Of a stretch of DNA of 32,568 nt, positions 28,063 to 32,568 are shown one piece after another. This stretch comes from Anaerolineales bacterium (lineage in GTDB: Bacteria > Chloroflexota > Anaerolineae > Anaerolineales > DRMV01): assembly GCA_026985785.1 (NCBI GenBank), contig JALSPT010000172.1:1-32568 (forward strand), given 5' to 3'. The notes under the pieces were generated by a model. It did not search any database. It saw only the letters and a list, made by a program, of their open reading frames with translations, and was not told the origin of the DNA. Each line of letters starts with the position of its first letter. The first letter of the stretch is position 1. The translations under genes were made by a program, and so were the position numbers.

Positions 28063-29954
28063 TGTGCGGCATTTGCGGTTTGAGTTTGTCCTCCTCTACG
28101 GCGGCACTCTCTCCCGCCCAGCAGGCCGCCGTGCACCGGATGAATGCCCGCATGACTCATCGCGGGCCGGACGGCGCAGGTTCCCACTTTGCTCCCGGCG
28201 TGGGCCTGGCCATGCGCCGTTTGGCCGTCATCGACCTGCAAACTGGCGACCAGCCCATCCCCAACGAGGACGAATCCCTGTGGGTGGTTTTCAACGGCGA
28301 AATCTACAACTTCCCCCAACTGCGAGAGAAGTTGCTGCGTCGTGGGCACCGCTTTCGTTCCCGAACCGACACAGAGGCCATCGTCCATCTTTACGAAGAG
28401 CACGGTCTCGACTTCGTTCACCACCTGCGGGGGATGTTTGCCTTTGCCCTGTGGGATGCCCCCCGGCGGCGGTTGCTCATTGCACGCGACCGCCTTGGTC
28501 AGAAACCCCTCTATTACACCGTGCAAGGCGGTGCCCTGTATTTTGCTTCAGAACTCCCGGCCTTGCTGGCTGCCCTGCCTCACCTGCCCGAGATTGACCT
28601 TCGCGCTCTGGATATGTATCTGGCGCTGCAATACATTCCCGAACCCTGGACGCCCTATCAAGACATTTTCAAATTGCCGGCGGCCCATCTTTTGCTGTGG
28701 CAGGAAGGCCGCCTGGAAGTGCGGCGCTATTGGGATGTCACCTACACGCCCAAATGGGAGGCTTCGGAGGAAGATCTGCTGGTCGAACTGCGCGCCCGCG
28801 TGGAAGAAGCGGTGCGTTTGCGGCTTATCAGCGACGTCCCGCTCGGCGCTCACCTGAGCGGTGGGATTGATTCCAGCATTGTGGTGGGGGTCATGGCCCG
28901 GATGAGCAGCGAGCCGGTGAAAACGTTTTCGGTGGGGTTCGAGGAAACGGCTTTTTCGGAGTTGCGTTACGCCCGCCTGGTGGCGCAGCGTTTCGCCACC
29001 GACCACCACGAGTTCGTGCTCACCTACGGCGATATTCCGGCTACGGTCGAGACGCTGGTGGCGCACCTGGGGGAGCCGCTGGCCGACCCTTCAGTGTTGC
29101 CCCTTTACCACCTTTCGCGCCTCACCCGGCAGCACGTCACCGTGGCGCTCAACGGCGACGGCGGCGATGAGGCGTTTGCAGGCTATGCCCGCTACTGGCT
29201 TGACCCCTGGGCCAACCGTTACCTGCGCCTCCCCCCATGGCTCACCCGCCGTCTGGTGCCCAGCGTGGTCGCCCGCCTGCCCGACCACAGCAACCGGCCT
29301 GTGGGGCACAGCCTGCTCAACGGGATGAAGCGCCTGGCCCAACTGCCCGGCGTGGACGCGCGCGCCAGCATCCTGCGCTGGGGGTCGTACTTTTCCCCCG
29401 CCCAGCGGGCTGCCCTCTGGCGGGAAGAGCATCGCGCCGCGCTACCGCACCACCCGGCGGAGGCGTTGTTGGTAGAATATTTCACTGCCTTGCCTGCAGG
29501 CGACCTGCTGGACCGCACCCTGTACACCGACGTGCACACTTACCTGCCTGGCGATCTGCTGGTCAAAGCCGACCGAATGACCATGGCGGTTTCTCTGGAG
29601 GGGCGTTCACCTTTTCTGGACCACGAACTGTTTGCCTGGGCAGCTCGTTTACCCAGGCGGTTAAAAGTGCGCGGATTGACGGGTAAAGTCGCTTTGCGCA
29701 AGGCTTTTGACGATTTGCTGCCGGCGGAAATCTTGCGCCGCGGCAAGCAAGGCTTCGGCGTGCCGGTAGGAACCTGGCTGCGCGGGCCGTTGCGCTCCTG
29801 GATGCAAGATCTGTTGCTCGGCGCTGGCAGTCCTTTACGCCCCTGGATTCGCCAGGAGGTAACGGCTCGCCTGATCGAGGAACATCTCACTGGTCGAGAA
29901 GATCATGGCAAGCGCCTGTGGGCGTTAATGGTATGGGGAGCGTGGCAAAAATGA
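28062..29954 (+). CDS. asnB: Asparagine synthase (glutamine-hydrolysing)-family amidotransferase
   Basis: MCGICG, HRGPD, RRLAVID, FNGEIYN, LSGGIDSS, GDGGDE, SLEGRSPFLD, KQGFGVP. Its position in a glycan cluster suggests a sugar amidotransferase role. Confidence 0.93.
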   Translation: MCGICGLSLSSSTAALSPAQQAAVHRMNARMTHRGPDGAGSHFAPGVGLAMRRLAVIDLQTGDQPIPNEDESLWVVFNGEIYNFPQLREKLLRRGHRFRSRTDTEAIVHLYEEHGLDFVHHLRGMFAFALWDAPRRRLLIARDRLGQKPLYYTVQGGALYFASELPALLAALPHLPEIDLRALDMYLALQYIPEPWTPYQDIFKLPAAHLLLWQEGRLEVRRYWDVTYTPKWEASEEDLLVELRARVEEAVRLRLISDVPLGAHLSGGIDSSIVVGVMARMSSEPVKTFSVGFEETAFSELRYARLVAQRFATDHHEFVLTYGDIPATVETLVAHLGEPLADPSVLPLYHLSRLTRQHVTVALNGDGGDEAFAGYARYWLDPWANRYLRLPPWLTRRLVPSVVARLPDHSNRPVGHSLLNGMKRLAQLPGVDARASILRWGSYFSPAQRAALWREEHRAALPHHPAEALLVEYFTALPAGDLLDRTLYTDVHTYLPGDLLVKADRMTMAVSLEGRSPFLDHELFAWAARLPRRLKVRGLTGKVALRKAFDDLLPAEILRRGKQGFGVPVGTWLRGPLRSWMQDLLLGAGSPLRPWIRQEVTARLIEEHLTGREDHGKRLWALMVWGAWQK

Positions 29955-31072
29955 AGGTGTTGCACTTTATTGATAATGGCCGTATGGGAGGAGCCCAAAC
30001 ACTGCTGTCGAACATCTTGCCCCTTTTACCTTCCTTTGGAATAGAAAATCGGGTAGTTGTTTTGGGGGAGGGCCGATGGTTGGCAGCGCGGCTTGGAGCC
30101 AACAGAGTGCCTGTGGAAGTGCTTAACCTCCCTCGGTGGAAAATGAATGTCATGCCCGACCTTGCTAAAGTTATCCGTTCTTTTCACCCCGACGTTATCC
30201 ACACCCATTTGTTTAAATCGGTAATGTTAACCACATTTTTGAAGGCGAGGGGGGCAATACAAACCCCTGTAGTGGTTCATGATCATCAAGGTTTCTATCC
30301 ACAAAATTGGAGATTTTACTATCCTTTCCCAGTCCGTTGGGCGTTGGAAGTGATATATCAAAGGATGCTTGCTCACGTAGAGCGCATCATTGTTCTCACT
30401 AAAGAAATGAAAGAAAGATACGAGCAAGCGTACCACGACGTCCCTTCGGATAAAATTGTGCTTTTACCTAACGCCATAATTTATCATAAGCGCACAACAG
30501 AATGCCTAAATTTTCGAGAGAAGTATGGATTGCCTTCAGATATCCCTCTTGTGACCATGGTGGGGCGCTTTGCAAAAGAGAAGCGTTGGGATTTGTTTGT
30601 AAAATTGGCCTATCAATGCCGGGAAGAAGATATCGCTTTTGTGGGTATAGGAACGGGCAAGTTGTTTTCACGGATAAAAAAGCAAATCAACGCTTTACGG
30701 CTCAAAAGAGTATTTTTACTGGGAGCACGTCAGGATGTGGATTGCTTTCTCAGGCAATCCACCGTTTGTGTTCAAACCTCCGTGCGAGAAAATTTTAGCC
30801 TCTATGTGATAGAGGCGATGAGATGGGGATGTCCTGTGGTGGCGATGTATAATGGGGGGACAGAACACATTATTGAACACGGCCGCACAGGCTTGCTTGC
30901 GCCGTTTGGCCGAGTGCAAGAAATGTGTACTCTAACAAAACGCTTGCTATCTCTGCCTGAGGAGCGAGAGCGGCTCTCTCTTTTGGCTTATCAAAAAGTC
31001 TTGGCACAATATACAATACAAGCCGTTTTACCTCAGTGGGTTGCCTTTTACCAAAATCTATCGCCGCCTTAG
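29951..31072 (+). CDS. GT4 family glycosyltransferase (low GC)
   Basis: MKVLHFID..GGAQ, PDVIHTH, VGRFAKEK, ENFSLYVIEAM..GCPVV, TGLL. ATGA overlap with asnB. Confidence 0.9.
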   Translation: MKVLHFIDNGRMGGAQTLLSNILPLLPSFGIENRVVVLGEGRWLAARLGANRVPVEVLNLPRWKMNVMPDLAKVIRSFHPDVIHTHLFKSVMLTTFLKARGAIQTPVVVHDHQGFYPQNWRFYYPFPVRWALEVIYQRMLAHVERIIVLTKEMKERYEQAYHDVPSDKIVLLPNAIIYHKRTTECLNFREKYGLPSDIPLVTMVGRFAKEKRWDLFVKLAYQCREEDIAFVGIGTGKLFSRIKKQINALRLKRVFLLGARQDVDCFLRQSTVCVQTSVRENFSLYVIEAMRWGCPVVAMYNGGTEHIIEHGRTGLLAPFGRVQEMCTLTKRLLSLPEERERLSLLAYQKVLAQYTIQAVLPQWVAFYQNLSPP

Positions 31073-31188
31073 CGTGAATTCTGGGTGCCCAGTGTTCCCT
31101 TTTTGACCAAATCAGCCCCATTGGATAAGAGAAAAAGGCGCGTTGGGCAGCCAATGGCAAACCGATACCGACGTGAGCAGATGTGCTT

Positions 31189-32187
31189 ATGAGAAAAGTC
31201 TCCTTTGAAAATCAGGGTTTAAGTAAACGCGGCTGGACGATCATTAAAATCGTGCTGGCCGCGATTCTTTTGTTTTTTGTGCTAAAGAAAATAGATCCTT
31301 CGGCGCTTCGCTCGTCTTTGTCACTTTCTCCGGTATGGCTGCTGGCTAATTTTGGGGCATTCCTGGCAATGCTCTTGCTCAAAGGGTTGCAATACAAGGT
31401 GCTTCTGGGCGAGCAAGAACCTTACCCTGCTGTGTTGAAAGTCATCGCGTGGCAAAGCGCTATTTCGAATTTCGTGGCAACGAGTGCAGGGATCGCTTCT
31501 TATATGGCGATGTTGAAGGCGGAGCGAAATGTTAAATTACGCCGCTCTGGGGTGGTTTTTTTGCTGGTCAAGTTTGGAGATCTGCTGGCTATCGCTTTCT
31601 ACTTGATGCTGGCCGCAGCATGGGTGTGGGGCGATATCGCTCCTTTAAGGTGGTTAACGGTGCTTCTCGCGCTGGGAACATTAGGAGGGGCGTTTGCTTT
31701 TTTGGTCGTTGTACTTGGACGTCAGCATTTTGTGCGCCTTGTAACAAAGATTCTATCGTGGATGAAGTTGACACGCTCGCCGTGGGCATTTCAAGGTCTC
31801 GCGGCTCTTCACGCGCTTGCCCAAGAATCTCAAACATTGATAGTAAGGATGTTGGGGAAAAGTATTGGGTTGTCGTTTTTGTACATGACAGTGACGATGA
31901 TTTTCGCCTATACAGGCATGCAGATATTTCATGTACAAGTGAACCCCTGGGCTATTTTCTACGTTGCCTCTGTGATGCAATTGGTTTCTTTTATCCCCAT
32001 ACAGGTATTGGGGGGGTTGGGCGTCTCGGAAATAACGGCGGTTTACCTTTATGGGGTCTTCGGGTTAGATCAAGGTAAAATCTCAGCCGTTATGCTGGGG
32101 CTGCGTGCCATCTTTTATTCGATGAACGCTATCATCCTGTTGAGTTTACTATTGGAGACCTCTTTGAGGCGCCGTCTTTCTCGCTGA
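31189..32187 (+). CDS. Lysylphosphatidylglycerol-synthase-TM (UPF0104) flippase-like membrane protein
   Basis: About 8-9 TMs and the IPIQVLGGLGVSE motif typical of the family. An alternative GTG start lies at 31183. Confidence 0.8.
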   Translation: MRKVSFENQGLSKRGWTIIKIVLAAILLFFVLKKIDPSALRSSLSLSPVWLLANFGAFLAMLLLKGLQYKVLLGEQEPYPAVLKVIAWQSAISNFVATSAGIASYMAMLKAERNVKLRRSGVVFLLVKFGDLLAIAFYLMLAAAWVWGDIAPLRWLTVLLALGTLGGAFAFLVVVLGRQHFVRLVTKILSWMKLTRSPWAFQGLAALHALAQESQTLIVRMLGKSIGLSFLYMTVTMIFAYTGMQIFHVQVNPWAIFYVASVMQLVSFIPIQVLGGLGVSEITAVYLYGVFGLDQGKISAVMLGLRAIFYSMNAIILLSLLLETSLRRRLSR

Positions 32188-32413
32188 TAAGGTTCCCCTT
32201 TTCCGTAAAGTAGAGCGGCTGGCAGGCGCATGCGGTTTTCGTACCGAGGGGCGCGCACTCTCGTGCGTCAACAATGCCTTGCTGGGTGTCTCCATTGCCG
32301 ACGTGACAATATTGTAAAATTCAATGATTGCGTGGGGTATTAGATACGGTGAAAGAAATGGATGGGCGTCTGGCCCCGCGAAGCGGCAGGGTTGGGGGAG
32401 GAAATTAACGCCT

Positions 32414-32443
32414 CAACGCCCACGACCAAGGCCGTGAGCGTTG
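32414..32443 (-). terminator. Stem-loop just downstream of tRNA-Lys
   Basis: Minus strand CAACGCTCACGGC-cttg-GTCGTGGGCGTTG, with G-U pairs favouring the minus strand. Confidence 0.55.
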
Positions 32444-32450
32444 TGTAAAG

Positions 32451-32522
32451 TGGGCGCGACAGGATTCGAACCTGCAACCAATGGCTTAAAAGGCCACTGC
32501 TCTACCGTTGCGCTACGCGCCC
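32451..32522 (-). tRNA. tRNA-Lys (anticodon TTT), CCA not encoded
   Basis: Reverse complement: GGGCGCG TA GCGC AACGGTA GAGC A GTGGC CTTTTAA GCCAT TGGTT GCAGG TTCGAAT CCTGT CGCGCCC A. Confidence 0.93.
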
Positions 32523-32533
32523 ATCCGGCAAGA

Positions 32534-32562
32534 ATTTTATCACGGCTGAAAAAGAGCGTCAA
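32534..32562 (-). promoter_or_regulatory. Promoter of tRNA-Lys
   Basis: TTGACG-N17-TAAAAT with extended TGn on the minus strand. Confidence 0.78.
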
Positions 32563-32568
32563 CCGCCC

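Noticed and set aside
32188-32413. Intergenic stretch as a possible sRNA or integrase remnant
   Set aside because: I found no convincing ORF, well-spaced promoter or recognisable structure, so it cannot be supported from sequence alone.

Overview
A GC-rich bacterial chromosomal segment of mostly housekeeping genes. Gene content and style suggest Chloroflexota/Anaerolineae, but this is inference only. In order: a partial GNAT acetyltransferase, a degenerate NDUFA9-like SDR, folE, convergent tRNA-Arg(CCT) and tRNA-Leu(CAA), and rex with a perfect Rex operator over its own promoter. Next comes a minus-strand run of M42 peptidase-atpA-atpG-atpD-atpC-mreB, with no F0 or delta genes and a ~53-aa insertion in AtpA. 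This is followed by two orphan membrane ORFs, rlmD, a non-catalytic M16 subunit, a hypothetical/response regulator/thpR/rsfS/FmdB-like block, a 216-bp MITE-like element, dsbA, rsmA, a YabE-like G5/3D protein, a 43-aa membrane peptide, an MNT-HEPN toxin-antitoxin pair, a second response regulator, and tsaE-tsaB-rimI-udg. The window ends with an envelope glycosylation cluster (epimerase, GT-C, GT2, two GT4, AsnB-like amidotransferase, flippase-like protein) next to tRNA-Lys(TTT). The most notable signals are the structured MITE with a 9-bp target duplication, four genes with TANAAT-N6-start leaderless architecture, terminator-like hairpins in three 5' leaders, a probable ATA start codon, the F1-only atp cluster, and the mosaic lipid-carrier glycosylation/amidation locus. 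No database search or folding computation was run; all family calls come from motif recognition.
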